A stretch of DNA of 64,000 bases from a virus (IMGVR_UViG_3300037264_004281:2961-66960); one strand, 5' to 3'; shown: positions 19,801 through 29,552, counted from the stretch's first letter. Program-made: numbers and translations. The notes: generated by a model from the letters alone, not told the origin.

Positions 19801-21546
19801 TTTAGAATGCATACGGATTATCCATTTAATTTGCGCCAATATCCACCCGGAACTGTTGCTCCGTATGTCGGAGAAAGTACTGAGTGGTGGGGGGGTTGGG
19901 AAAATGCTAATGGATATTATAATACAGCAGATTCAATTAATAGATTTACCAATGAATATGGAAGTGTTCCACTAGGACCGCTAAATAAAATGTACTCATG
20001 GGGAGCATGGAATGGAGCACAAAAAATTACAACCGGAGAATGTGGAGATGTTTCTCAATCTGTTTATCCATATCAATTTAAAATTATAGAATATCCAGCA
20101 ACTAATACTATTTCTAAATATGGTCCTAATAAGTTTCGAAATGAAAAAATAAAACATACATCCCAATCAATAGCCACAAGATTTGATTCGGAATATAGGT
20201 CTACTTATGATGATTCTTATCCTTCTCCGGATTCTAATTTACTTGGGTTTTTTGTAGATCCGATGGATTTTACAAACAATGATATTGTTAGATATTTTGG
20301 AAATTATAATTTTGTAAATGATATTGCAGATCCAAGTTTATTATTTTCTTCAACATATGATTATCTAAGGAATCTTCGCTATGAATATGCTAACGCATAC
20401 AACGGAACTAGTGGAAGTAATCATATATTAAATGAAATGTTAACAATTTATAAATTATATTTCACTCGCGGGATATTTGAATCCATTAAGAATTTGGTCC
20501 CAGCCAGAAACAACATTGCTTTTGGAATAGTGATTGAGCCTACAATTTTAGAGCGGCCAAAATATCAACATAAGCCAGTTTTTAGTGAAATGAATTCTGG
20601 GTCTGTTGCTTATTTTGATATTACCGCTAGTAAATATTTTAGAGATCCTAATACAAAAATAGTTAGAATTTCTCAATTTCTTGAATTTGCCGATTTTAAA
20701 ATGGATTTAACACAAGAAGGATCGGATTTTGATGTATCTACGCTGCCTCCAACCCGAATTATTAATTTAGATGTGTCTTATATTAATGATCCAAGCATAA
20801 TATATCCGTTTAATTATTTACCGTCAGGTAGAGTTGTGAGTGATTTCCTAGATGCATATCAATTTGGACATGTTGGATCAAATAATTCGTTGGTAACTGG
20901 TCAAATTCCATTTGATATGATTCATCAAACCCATGCAACTGGTTCAGAAAAGTATTATCTTTTAAAGGAATGGAATACATATACAATTTATAATAAATCG
21001 GGACCATGGATCAGAACGTCAACTCCAAAGGAAAATACACATTCTACGAATTCTATTCAATTATATAGATATGTTTCCGTTTCTGGTGATTATTTTAATT
21101 CTGTAATTTATTCAGATGCTACAAAGGATGATACAATTTCCAACATTCCTGTGGAGGATAATAAATTTACACATAATCCTAATACATTTAAAAATACACC
21201 AAATCAAAGCAGAAACGATATTAAAGTTTCGTCTTTATTTAATGGAGTTAGGACTTTATTAGATCCAGCAACTTATAGAAGAACAAACCCAACCTCTATT
21301 TTTGAAATTGTTAGTGGATATCCAAGAAATCATTATACTCATAAAAGATCTATTTTCTCTCCTTATAAAGTTAGAAGTTTAGGAGACGAAAATGGCACAC
21401 TTAAATCCGGATCGTATATTAGGTCTCAACAAACCGCAGAAACAACGGTTGGGGTTGATGGTTTGGGGGATAACACTTTTCCAGTAGAAACGACAGAGGT
21501 TGGCAATGTTAATTTAGTTCAAAGCGATAACGTAATAAATCAATAA
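16888..21546 (+). CDS. Large baseplate/tail protein (gpI/gp7-like motif; possible LamG-like domain)
   Basis: MIGHLFDNI, RLLLTLPQIYKTKGT.AAVKLLISCYGIP...IRE, IKNLVPAR...G.VIEP; IGG...YTGTFDKLLLW. Confidence 0.65.
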   Translation: MEYVSYQLVSENTGSLNSGSYLNENEVSLFFEGTLPDVWYGLSPYDVTELGVFDLEQNLLAWKVLDGNVNFVSKTSSYLNGLDIPITYSYSELKQDLILYKNQKLLVNPPTQLMQSFGIESGSYVLSYNFVRNMAGSINSPLLINDISPSRKEVKLLPVGQSTRQYEAFCKKKILINDVSPLYIESTWECPYNNIYNEIRYRYISEINTLKFLFFLNTDGEVLTFLKNLYEDHIVFTRPTVDAEGVITIDPEKVFRIQGIRTSFNNYLLVNSDSIVDFLDIDAQFNAFVVTSIERKFYPIGKNPLPEYAQAKTFIYDFFIKYFYKSISEKLSAFYIEKYFSSLKNALNIGFGKLFPVINHGYLDERTNGSGSLTLLVKLQSELPTEISVQTNCWVSNISLTPYVIDTIIKKDSDTTLFTIGPPNFALPLSNATIQNVNKLYTKSDLSVNEQVDRELEIGRKINELSVDYTDFKNFIIFSSAGIRVNIFKNKVIQLSSLTSSLQELENKNNVFVSVSGSLYPFYTQEYNTIQGQMDSIIDSFDGYESYLYKSKNYIYASGSFVNSIYVEEIDTSASYYDKYNRDSLVNNTPQHIILDENNSDYLIFLSMIGHLFDNIYIYIASLPSEKSINQNSQETFSNLIINHMLETFGWDLSDTIETNTLVENYLTSEEISGLNELSSEDRIRIIRNRLLLTLPQIYKTKGTEAAVKLLISCYGIPSALLTIREFGGIDYSEQNASYTKYEKAFLYQWHSSSRYDHFRLPYPGKVKTIEYKFSIPNSDPYTYSQEQIQWGVVPDAVLANSISGSGKIHGGFVKERGGRNLGRVFFSFGYKGHESAKIYSNLIPIFDGNVYSVMVRRNDPDLFYQFAENTNYVPTKYDLYVQRNEGGRKIICSTSSYINYDIQNNIDFDGVGYFMIGGWFAEHNQTAYTGTFDKLLLWGDPITDSNFEDHVNNISSYAFNGSREGYKSLLFRMHTDYPFNLRQYPPGTVAPYVGESTEWWGGWENANGYYNTADSINRFTNEYGSVPLGPLNKMYSWGAWNGAQKITTGECGDVSQSVYPYQFKIIEYPATNTISKYGPNKFRNEKIKHTSQSIATRFDSEYRSTYDDSYPSPDSNLLGFFVDPMDFTNNDIVRYFGNYNFVNDIADPSLLFSSTYDYLRNLRYEYANAYNGTSGSNHILNEMLTIYKLYFTRGIFESIKNLVPARNNIAFGIVIEPTILERPKYQHKPVFSEMNSGSVAYFDITASKYFRDPNTKIVRISQFLEFADFKMDLTQEGSDFDVSTLPPTRIINLDVSYINDPSIIYPFNYLPSGRVVSDFLDAYQFGHVGSNNSLVTGQIPFDMIHQTHATGSEKYYLLKEWNTYTIYNKSGPWIRTSTPKENTHSTNSIQLYRYVSVSGDYFNSVIYSDATKDDTISNIPVEDNKFTHNPNTFKNTPNQSRNDIKVSSLFNGVRTLLDPATYRRTNPTSIFEIVSGYPRNHYTHKRSIFSPYKVRSLGDENGTLKSGSYIRSQQTAETTVGVDGLGDNTFPVETTEVGNVNLVQSDNVINQ

Positions 21547-21596
21547 AAATTACTTTTGGACGATACTTATACATAGTACTTATTATATAAAAGCAT

Positions 21597-22238
21597 ATGG
21601 CATATATAGACAATCAAACAATAACAGTAGATGCAGTTTTAACTAGGAAGGGGAGAGAATTACTTGCTAAAACCGGAAATATAAGAATTACTTCCTTTGC
21701 TTTGGCCGATGATGAAATAGACTATTCTCTTTATCAACCAAATCATCCCAATGGAAGTGCATTTTATGACATTGCCTTGCGTAATGTGCCGGTTTTTGAG
21801 CCACTTACCGATGAAACTCAAGTTATGAAATATAAACTTGTGACTCTTAATTTGGGGGTAAGTTCTATTCCGGTTATTACTATTGCTCAAACCGAAATAA
21901 TAGTTCCGAGAGATTATACAGGGGAAATTATTATTAGTCCAAGTACAAACCCTGCTTATAATGTGTCTGCTGGATATACTGCTATTCTTGGAAATAGAAA
22001 TGTGGGTACTTTAATTGTCGAAGAAACTAACTCCATCAATTCTATATCTAATACTATTCCAACCTTCGCTGGAGATATTAATACTACAAGTGCTCAGGTG
22101 GTAGTAGGTAGAAAATTCAGATTTATACCAAATAGTAGTTTGGGAAGAACAACTTCTACTAATTTAACAATTATTGGAAACGAATCGGGTGGAAGCGTTT
22201 CGATCGAAACCACCGTGACAGTTCCAACAACCACTTAA
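21597..22238 (+). CDS. Tail/baseplate structural protein
   Basis: LTRKGRELLA...ITSFALADDEIDY resembles tail-fibre-attachment N-terminal motifs. Confidence 0.6.
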   Translation: MAYIDNQTITVDAVLTRKGRELLAKTGNIRITSFALADDEIDYSLYQPNHPNGSAFYDIALRNVPVFEPLTDETQVMKYKLVTLNLGVSSIPVITIAQTEIIVPRDYTGEIIISPSTNPAYNVSAGYTAILGNRNVGTLIVEETNSINSISNTIPTFAGDINTTSAQVVVGRKFRFIPNSSLGRTTSTNLTIIGNESGGSVSIETTVTVPTTT

Positions 22239-22245
22239 TTGACAT

Positions 22246-23370
22246 ATGATATTTAAACAATTTGAAGAAGCGGATATTGTAGCCGGGAGAGTAACCCGAG
22301 TTTCAAGCGGATTTTGGCTAAACGGGTCTGCGACGGCGGAACAAAGTCTATTTGAAGATGATTTTTATTCATTAACCACAGTAGATACTCCATCTCCTTC
22401 TTATGGCGTGTCTGTTTATGATGTCAGAAGAACAATGTATTATTTGAATGTTTTTCCTACTGCTACTGAAAAAACAAATAATGATCCTTATTTTTCTATA
22501 ACATATGGGAATTTCTATGGAAATTTAGGAAGTGGATCTTTTGGAACTGAAACATCCAGTATTTATGCTAATCCAACAAAAGAAATATATACGCAATATC
22601 AAAACATCTTACTTGGAACTGCTGATCTAGATGGGCGATTTACCATGAAAAGTGGAAGCACTACAGTTAATGCTGATGACATTTGGGTTATCACATTTTC
22701 TACTTATAAAATGAAAGATAGGATAGATGAAGGTCTTATAGAATTATCATTTAGCGGATCTACCAATGGGATTACTTTAATAGATGATTCTTATTATACT
22801 ACTCAGGCACAATCTTCTTATCAAATAATAGAAGGAACTTTGGAAAATCAACCTTCTCCTCCGATATATGGCGGGTTTGGTATTTTATATCCACAAAATG
22901 GCATGGTAGTGTTAAATGCGGCGCGTTTATCTGAAAAATTGGGGTTGTGGAATTCTACAACAAAAACAAGTACCGGCACCGTTAATGGATGGGATTATAA
23001 TCCCGGATTATCGTCCGGCGAATTTACTTATAATCACAAAACTTTATTTGAATCTATGAAGTTATGTGTAAACAATACTGCCAAAGTCCGCAAAAGCGAA
23101 TATGTGCCAGCCAGACATTATTTCGTTAGAATTAAAAATAGAGACTTTAACTATAGTAACAATCCAACTTATGTATATGATGGAAGTGATGGGATTCATG
23201 CTAAAGGAACCATAAGAAATACAGATTTCATAGAAAACCCTCAAACTTATATTACTACTATTGGATTATATAATGAAAGTAACGAATTGGTTGCCGTAGC
23301 CAAATTAAGCCGACCAGCCGTTAAAACTTTTTCTGATGAACTTTTATGTAAAGTTCGATTGGATTTTTAA
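22246..23370 (+). CDS. Tail/baseplate structural protein
   Basis: C-terminal FNYSNNPT...TYITTIGLYN...LVAVAKLSRP motif, shared with 24465..27149. Confidence 0.65.
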   Translation: MIFKQFEEADIVAGRVTRVSSGFWLNGSATAEQSLFEDDFYSLTTVDTPSPSYGVSVYDVRRTMYYLNVFPTATEKTNNDPYFSITYGNFYGNLGSGSFGTETSSIYANPTKEIYTQYQNILLGTADLDGRFTMKSGSTTVNADDIWVITFSTYKMKDRIDEGLIELSFSGSTNGITLIDDSYYTTQAQSSYQIIEGTLENQPSPPIYGGFGILYPQNGMVVLNAARLSEKLGLWNSTTKTSTGTVNGWDYNPGLSSGEFTYNHKTLFESMKLCVNNTAKVRKSEYVPARHYFVRIKNRDFNYSNNPTYVYDGSDGIHAKGTIRNTDFIENPQTYITTIGLYNESNELVAVAKLSRPAVKTFSDELLCKVRLDF

Positions 23371-23470
23371 CAATAAGAATATATTGTAAAGTTATAAAAT
23401 GGTGGGGGAATTTAATAAGGGTGTATCTATAATCACGAATTCCTTAAAATGACTATATTTATATTTAGCA

Positions 23471-24460
23471 ATGATAAAAAATATAAATTATCAGAATGTC
23501 TTGACTACTCCATTTGTTGTTCGAAAAGACTGGAGTTTATCTAGTATTCAAAATGATGATTTGGTACTTATAGAACAATCGGCATCCGTTGAAGAAATAC
23601 CAGTTGCATTAGATTATATAGATTATTACGGATCTTCTTTTTCTTTTGTCAATTCGGAGTGTAGTATTGCTTTAGAGCAACAAACCCCCGATACGGTTAT
23701 TTATAGAGAAGGAGAGAAAAGATCTGGAATATTTTATCCAGAATTAGAACCTCAAAATATAGATGGAACATATAAAAGATTGGTATATTCTCAGTTAGAA
23801 AAGGCATTTTATAATTTTTATAGGAATCCCCTTCAAATTTTTGGAATAGAAAATATAGACTTTCAACTAGGAAAAACAGAAAGATATATATCAGAATTTT
23901 TTAGAGAATTTGAGGTTCCTCAATATATTTTTGGAGATAAAATTACCAAAGGCACGGTAATATTGACTGATAATTCGTTAGATGATGTTGTAGTAGTTCA
24001 GGATGACGCTTATGGTAATTTATATGCTAAAGAAAACCTTTTCTCCAAAATACAAGAAGTAAGACATCTTGGAAATGTTATATTGGATGGGTATGTTGAT
24101 CATGGATGTATTGTTCCTATTTTTAAAGTTTATGAGCCTCCTACATTATTGATAGCTTCAGCAACTTCCTCGACTTTCGGCGGCGATCCCATTTATCCAT
24201 ATACAATAAGTTTGGATTGGAGTGATAATTCTTCAAACGAAGATGGGTTTTATATTTATAGAAAAGTAACCGCTGATAATATTTCGTGGACAAATTGGAC
24301 TCACTTAGCAACAAAAGGACAAAATGTAACTCACCATTTAGATATTATGTTTGATACGTTTGTTTCCATGTCATATAAAGTTTCAGCATATAATGTTTTA
24401 GGAGAAACCCCATATTCTAATACAGCAAGTGTAGATATAGATAGCGCACTTGTTCCATAA
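23471..24460 (+). CDS. Structural protein with C-terminal fibronectin type III domain
   Basis: P..L.A...ISLDWSDNSSNEDGFYIYRK...YKVSAYNVLGETPYSN is an FN3 pattern. Confidence 0.75.
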   Translation: MIKNINYQNVLTTPFVVRKDWSLSSIQNDDLVLIEQSASVEEIPVALDYIDYYGSSFSFVNSECSIALEQQTPDTVIYREGEKRSGIFYPELEPQNIDGTYKRLVYSQLEKAFYNFYRNPLQIFGIENIDFQLGKTERYISEFFREFEVPQYIFGDKITKGTVILTDNSLDDVVVVQDDAYGNLYAKENLFSKIQEVRHLGNVILDGYVDHGCIVPIFKVYEPPTLLIASATSSTFGGDPIYPYTISLDWSDNSSNEDGFYIYRKVTADNISWTNWTHLATKGQNVTHHLDIMFDTFVSMSYKVSAYNVLGETPYSNTASVDIDSALVP

Positions 24461-24464
24461 TATT

Positions 24465-27149
24465 ATGTACGCTAAAATTAAAAATGAAAATTATGGATAT
24501 TCGGTGGCAACATTTGGAGATTATGTTGCTGTAGGAAATCCAGCAATTGTTCGGTATAATCCAGAAAGTTCGAGTGTTTATTGGTCTGGATCTGTAGATG
24601 TATTTCAATATAACTATACAATAGATGCTCATGAGCATGTTGTAACATTATATAAGGATGATGTATTTCATGAAATTTTATTAGCACAAGAAATAGCCGG
24701 TGCTGCTATAGCTGCATTAAGCACAGAATTTAGCGGATCTCCATACACAAGCAATAAAGATATTTTAATTGACAAAAACGCTTATACTAATATGGTAGAA
24801 GATGGGTTTGGTGTTTCCATTGATATTAACGATAATATTTTAGTAGTTGGAACCTCCTATTATTTACAACGCGTAGAAACAACTAGTGGATTTTTGAGCG
24901 TAACTACTGGATCATCGGTCGATATCTTTGATTTAAGTAGGTTTAAAGAAGATGAATTAAATACAAATTCTGTCACAGAAAGTCCGGCTGGTATAGCTTT
25001 GGGGACTGGTTCTTATGCTGGATATATAAAGATTTATACTAACAGTGCTCCTAGTGGATATGATTTTGTAGAAGTTTTAGTATCCGAAAATCAACCCGGA
25101 CCATATAATCAAGTAATATTAAAAGATATACCTCCTCCTGAAGGAGGATATATAGAATATTATTTTTCTCTTGCTATGTTACCTCCGGTATCTGGATTTT
25201 TCTTATTGAGATTTTCTCGGAAAAAAACCTCTTATGTATTGACTTTAAATAATCCAGACCTTGCTTTAACTGGGTCATTTGGAAGCGCAGTTTCAATAAA
25301 CGATGGGTGGATAGCAGTTGGATCTCCTTTATTAAATAATTCGGATGGAGCGGTTTACCTGTATAAAAACGACAGTACTGAAAATACTATATCTTGGTCA
25401 CTCCAACAAAAAATTACAATAAATGAATTTGGATTAATGTTTGGTGCTAGTTTAGAATTAAATAAAACCGAAGATCCTTCTAGTGGAAGCTTAATTGTTG
25501 GAATTGGAAATATCAGTGGAAGCAAAGCATTTTTATTTGAATATATAAGTGGAAGTTGGACACAAACTTATACGTTTCTTCCAGATATTCCAAAGGAATA
25601 TCCTCTTACTTTTAACGGATATTTTCCATATTTCACTCAATATAGTGATTCGGGTTCTTATGGAACGGCGGTTTCCATATATAGTCATTCAGTAATAATT
25701 GGTGCTCCAAGCGAAAGATATGTTACTGAATATTCTACCTCTCTGAATTACCACCAAGGCGCGGTTTATATTTATGAAAAATGTACAGATGTTCCAGATT
25801 TATTATATGATTTAGTATTTAAATCATATGGAAATGAAAATACATTAAAAAACAATCGTTTAGGAGAGTCCGTTGGAATTCATAAAACCAATGCTCTCGC
25901 TGGATCTCCGAAAACAGAAACTTCTTTATCTATTTGTTATTTAGAAACAACATTAGAACAATTACATTATTGTGATTCCGATTTGGAGAATACTTTGGTT
26001 GGACAAGCAATGTTTATTCAAAAAGACACTGGTTCTAATAATTGGGAAATTACAAATGTGTATCAAAGAAAAAAGAAATTCTTAAGACCACATCGTTTAT
26101 TTGGATATGCCGTAGATATTGCAGATAAATCCATGGTTGTTGGCGCACCAATGATTTTGGCAGATCCAGTAAGTAGAGAAATAAATGTTTCAACAACTCA
26201 AAGCTTGGGATATACTTTGGAAGATCTTGCGGGCAAAGCATATATCTATAATTTTAATGATTTTAGAAACCAATTTCATGTCGGAAATGTATTTTATAGA
26301 AATGGAAAAGTTGTCTTGATGACTTCTGGATCGGACTTTGATAGGTTATTTTTTGACCCTATTTCTCCCTATACATACGAATATATGCTAGATTTTAAAG
26401 GTGAACATTTAATATATGAGAACCAAGTTGTATGTGCCGTTTCTCCGGGGGAGTTTAATGTTAGTACAAATCCAACGGCAATAACAAAGGAAACTTCTAT
26501 ATGGGATATTAATGAGAATGGAGTTTTTGATTTTCAAGATGCGGATGTATTGTTGAGCTATATGCAATATAAAAATACAAAATTATTTGGATCTACAATT
26601 TCTACAAATTGGAGTTCTTCTATAGTTACTGCTGACGATGAAAAAAGTTGGATGGCATATCTTCAATATTCATCTGAGGCTGGATATCAATCAACATATA
26701 ACGGAACGCATACAAGTGTATTAATAAGTGAAAGTATTCAAAGATTTGAATTTGAAGATACTTGGATGCAAACAGAATTAGATTTAAATCAAGACAGTAA
26801 AATAGACACAAATGATTTGTATATTATGTGGAAGTATTTTTCGAATAGATTAACTCAAGAAAACTATTCTTCATATATCAACCCATCTTCTAAGAGAAAA
26901 AATTTCAGCGATATTATAGATTATATGGATAATACGAGTCAAAAAAAATCTATTCCCCTGATACGTTCTGAGTTTTTTGATTATGAAAGATTAGCATCTA
27001 CGGATAAGACTGGCTCGTATTTAGCTCCATTTGTAACTACGATTGGATTGTATCACGGTTTAGATTTAGTTGCTGTAGCCAAATTAGGAAGCCCAATAAA
27101 AATAATTCCCGATCTTCCTATTAATTTTATTGTAAAAATGGACTTCTAA
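24465..27149 (+). CDS. Structural protein with FG-GAP repeats, two dockerin/EF-hand-like loops and a tail-protein C-terminus
   Basis: Repeated (Y/F)G.SV.I.....(V/I)GAP...GAVY.Y; DINENGVFDFQD and DLNQDSKIDTND; TTIGLY...LVAVAKL; start revised to ATG 24465. Confidence 0.8.
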   Translation: MYAKIKNENYGYSVATFGDYVAVGNPAIVRYNPESSSVYWSGSVDVFQYNYTIDAHEHVVTLYKDDVFHEILLAQEIAGAAIAALSTEFSGSPYTSNKDILIDKNAYTNMVEDGFGVSIDINDNILVVGTSYYLQRVETTSGFLSVTTGSSVDIFDLSRFKEDELNTNSVTESPAGIALGTGSYAGYIKIYTNSAPSGYDFVEVLVSENQPGPYNQVILKDIPPPEGGYIEYYFSLAMLPPVSGFFLLRFSRKKTSYVLTLNNPDLALTGSFGSAVSINDGWIAVGSPLLNNSDGAVYLYKNDSTENTISWSLQQKITINEFGLMFGASLELNKTEDPSSGSLIVGIGNISGSKAFLFEYISGSWTQTYTFLPDIPKEYPLTFNGYFPYFTQYSDSGSYGTAVSIYSHSVIIGAPSERYVTEYSTSLNYHQGAVYIYEKCTDVPDLLYDLVFKSYGNENTLKNNRLGESVGIHKTNALAGSPKTETSLSICYLETTLEQLHYCDSDLENTLVGQAMFIQKDTGSNNWEITNVYQRKKKFLRPHRLFGYAVDIADKSMVVGAPMILADPVSREINVSTTQSLGYTLEDLAGKAYIYNFNDFRNQFHVGNVFYRNGKVVLMTSGSDFDRLFFDPISPYTYEYMLDFKGEHLIYENQVVCAVSPGEFNVSTNPTAITKETSIWDINENGVFDFQDADVLLSYMQYKNTKLFGSTISTNWSSSIVTADDEKSWMAYLQYSSEAGYQSTYNGTHTSVLISESIQRFEFEDTWMQTELDLNQDSKIDTNDLYIMWKYFSNRLTQENYSSYINPSSKRKNFSDIIDYMDNTSQKKSIPLIRSEFFDYERLASTDKTGSYLAPFVTTIGLYHGLDLVAVAKLGSPIKIIPDLPINFIVKMDF

Positions 27150-27177
27150 TAGATATTTATAAGAGAAAGAATAAAAT

Positions 27178-27486
27178 ATGCCTACACCATCACAAAGACC
27201 ATCATTATCTACTGATTTAGAAACACGATATGAAAATCAACGAGTTGGTAGTGCGTTTGATATAAAAGATGTACTTAAAAATCCCCATTCTGCTCCAAGT
27301 GCTGGAGATAGAGGACCAGTTGAGGGAAATGAGAATCTCTATTCAGTAAATGATTTTGCTATAAAACAACCAACTGGTGTTACTGAATTTTTAGATGCAT
27401 TAGACGCAAATGGATCAACCGCTGCCCAATCAAAACAATTATCTAGATATATGAAGGGGTTTGATAATAGAAAATATAAGCGTTAA
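27178..27486 (+). CDS. Hypothetical protein
   Basis: ORF preceded by ATATTTAT and AGAAAG, followed by a terminator. Confidence 0.75.
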   Translation: MPTPSQRPSLSTDLETRYENQRVGSAFDIKDVLKNPHSAPSAGDRGPVEGNENLYSVNDFAIKQPTGVTEFLDALDANGSTAAQSKQLSRYMKGFDNRKYKR

Positions 27487-27503
27487 TTTCGTCAAAGATC
27501 TCC

Positions 27504-27538
27504 AAACAAAACCGCAACACATGTTGCGGTTTTGTTTT
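27504..27538 (+). terminator. Strong, probably bidirectional intrinsic terminator
   Basis: 16-bp perfect inverted repeat AAACAAAACCGCAACA-CA-TGTTGCGGTTTTGTTT. Confidence 0.85.
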
Positions 27539-27558
27539 ATAATATATATATATCAAAT

Positions 27559-28065
27559 ATGATACTAGGATTAGATGCATCTACAACTACGGTGGGATAT
27601 TCATTTTATGACGGAACAGATATTCTAGACGCGGGATTTATAGATATTTCCAAACTGTCAACAAACAAAGAAAAGTCATATCATGTTATGGATTATCTGG
27701 ATGAATTACCATACGCAATAACCGAAATACATTTAGAAAGTGCTTTATCTGGTTTTATGATGGGAAGAACCAGTCAACAAATTATTATTAAATTGATAAG
27801 ATTTAATGCAATATTTGAATATATTTTATCAGAACACTATGATGCACCAATTTATTTAATTGGTGCTATGACAGCAAGAAAATCCGTATTTGGAAAAGCA
27901 AGAATACAAGGTATGGATCCAAAAACATTTGTAAAATCTCATCTTTCTAATATTTTTGATTTGACAAAATTTGATAAAAAGAATAAAATAGGAAATTGGG
28001 ATAAGAGAAACGCTGATATGTATGATGCAATAGTAATCAGCGCCGCTCGTTATGAAAAACAATAA
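27559..28065 (+). CDS. RuvC-like Holliday junction resolvase
   Basis: MILGLDASTTTVGY, IHLE, ARK...G, DMYDAIVI: RNase H-fold acidic residues; start revised to ATG 27559. Confidence 0.85.
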   Translation: MILGLDASTTTVGYSFYDGTDILDAGFIDISKLSTNKEKSYHVMDYLDELPYAITEIHLESALSGFMMGRTSQQIIIKLIRFNAIFEYILSEHYDAPIYLIGAMTARKSVFGKARIQGMDPKTFVKSHLSNIFDLTKFDKKNKIGNWDKRNADMYDAIVISAARYEKQ

Positions 28066-28249
28066 GTATTATGTTTATAGTTTAATTGATCCAAGAACCA
28101 ATGTTCCGTTTTATATTGGAAAAGGAATTGGAGCAAGATTATACAGACATGAAAAGAATGTAATAAATGGAAAAATACCTAATGATAATAATTATTTATT
28201 TAATAAAATAAGAAAACACCATAAGGGATGGAAAAAATTTATAAGTTAA
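28052..28249 (+). pseudogene. Truncated GIY-YIG (LEM-3-like) endonuclease remnant
   Basis: YYVYSLIDPR....FYIGKG...R...H is present, but the ORF ends at 65 aa before the catalytic Glu helix. Confidence 0.65.
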
Positions 28250-28253
28250 TTAA

Positions 28254-28562
28254 ATGAAAGCTGGTTATTTATACATTATTACAAATCCTTCTTGGAAAAA
28301 TTGGGTAAAAGTAGGAACTACTTGGAATCTTAAAGATAGATTACACATTTATCAGACCGGAGATCCTTTTCGTCAATATAAGTTAGAATATTCCTTACAT
28401 CATCCCTGTTTTAGAGAAGCAGAGAAAAAAATCAAAGAAGTAATGAAACATTTCGCATTGGATATAAAAGGAGAATGGTATCAAATTGATTTAGAGTTCG
28501 CCAAGAGTCGTTTGCATGAGCAACTGGATGATTATAATAATGGAGAGGGAAAATGGGTATAA
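28254..28562 (+). CDS. GIY-YIG superfamily protein (T5 orf172-like)
   Basis: GYLYII.N......VKVG.T....RL..YQTG.P...AE......GEW. Confidence 0.85.
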   Translation: MKAGYLYIITNPSWKNWVKVGTTWNLKDRLHIYQTGDPFRQYKLEYSLHHPCFREAEKKIKEVMKHFALDIKGEWYQIDLEFAKSRLHEQLDDYNNGEGKWV

Positions 28563-28566
28563 AAAG

Positions 28567-28595
28567 TTGATTTTGAGTGTAAAATCTAGTACAGT
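28567..28595 (+). promoter_or_regulatory. Sigma70-like promoter 6 nt before the primase GTG
   Basis: A-tract, TTGATT, 17 nt, TACAGT. Confidence 0.6.
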
Positions 28596-28601
28596 CCGAG
28601 C

Positions 28602-29552
28602 GTGTTATTACAATCCAAACTTATATTCTTATTTGATGAAGTATTAAACCAGCAGGCTAGATTGAGAAAAGCCGGGACTCAAGCTACTTATCATTGTCCG
28701 TTTTGTTCAGATAAAAATCCAATAACACAAAAACTTGAAATAGCAATTGGAGGAAGTCACTTAGGAAGTTATCATTGTTGGAGGTGTGATACAAAAGGAA
28801 GAAGTTTTGGAAGTTTGCTTCATAAACTCAAGGCACCACCAAAATATCGAAAAGAATTATTTAAATTAACTGGTGATATTAAATTAGAAAAGAAAGAATA
28901 TTTCTCTTCTAAAGATACAGAAGTTTCTTTGCCGGAAGAGTTTTATCCATTATATCAACCCAAAAATTCACTTGAATATAAAAATGCATTATTCTACTTA
29001 AAGAAGAGAAAAATTTTACGTGAAGATATTTTTAGATATAATATTGGATATTGTGAATCTGGTCCATATGCTAACCATATTATCGTTCCGTCATATGATG
29101 ATGAAGGAAAATTGAATTTTTTTATTGGACGGCGATATTATAAAGAGGATAGAGGAATTCCTCATAAGAAGCCAGATGTATCAATGAATATAATTGGATT
29201 TGAAAGTTTTATTAATTATAATGAACCTCTTAATTTAGTGGAAGGAGTTTTTGATGCTATTGCTGTTCGTAATAATGCTATTCCATTATTTGGAAAGTAC
29301 CTTCAGCCTAAATTAAAGACGGCAATTATACTTCATAAAGTAAAAAGAGTAAATATGATTTTGGATAAAGATGCAATGAAAGACTCCATTGATAATTACC
29401 AATATTTACAGCGTCTTGGTATAGACGTTCATATAGTAAAACTTGACGGGAAAGATCCATCTGTATTAGGATTCGAACGAATACATGCACTCATTAGAGA
29501 ATCCAAACCATTTGAATTTAAAGATTTATTAGAATTTAAAATGAAAATATGA
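28602..29552 (+). CDS. DNA primase (Zn finger + TOPRIM)
   Basis: CPFC...HCWRC, YLKKR.I, IIVP, GR, LVEGVFDA, LDKDA, KDP. Confidence 0.92.
   Translation: MLLQSKLIFLFDEVLNQQARLRKAGTQATYHCPFCSDKNPITQKLEIAIGGSHLGSYHCWRCDTKGRSFGSLLHKLKAPPKYRKELFKLTGDIKLEKKEYFSSKDTEVSLPEEFYPLYQPKNSLEYKNALFYLKKRKILREDIFRYNIGYCESGPYANHIIVPSYDDEGKLNFFIGRRYYKEDRGIPHKKPDVSMNIIGFESFINYNEPLNLVEGVFDAIAVRNNAIPLFGKYLQPKLKTAIILHKVKRVNMILDKDAMKDSIDNYQYLQRLGIDVHIVKLDGKDPSVLGFERIHALIRESKPFEFKDLLEFKMKI

Noticed and set aside
23405-23445. Possible ncRNA in the 100-nt gap (GGAATT...AATTCC)
   Set aside because: Only a short stem around a long unstructured loop; not tRNA-like; insufficient evidence
27559-28065. Cas12/TnpB-type RuvC effector
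   Set aside because: Only ~168 aa with no Zn ribbon or recognition lobe, and no array or IS ends; fits a resolvase
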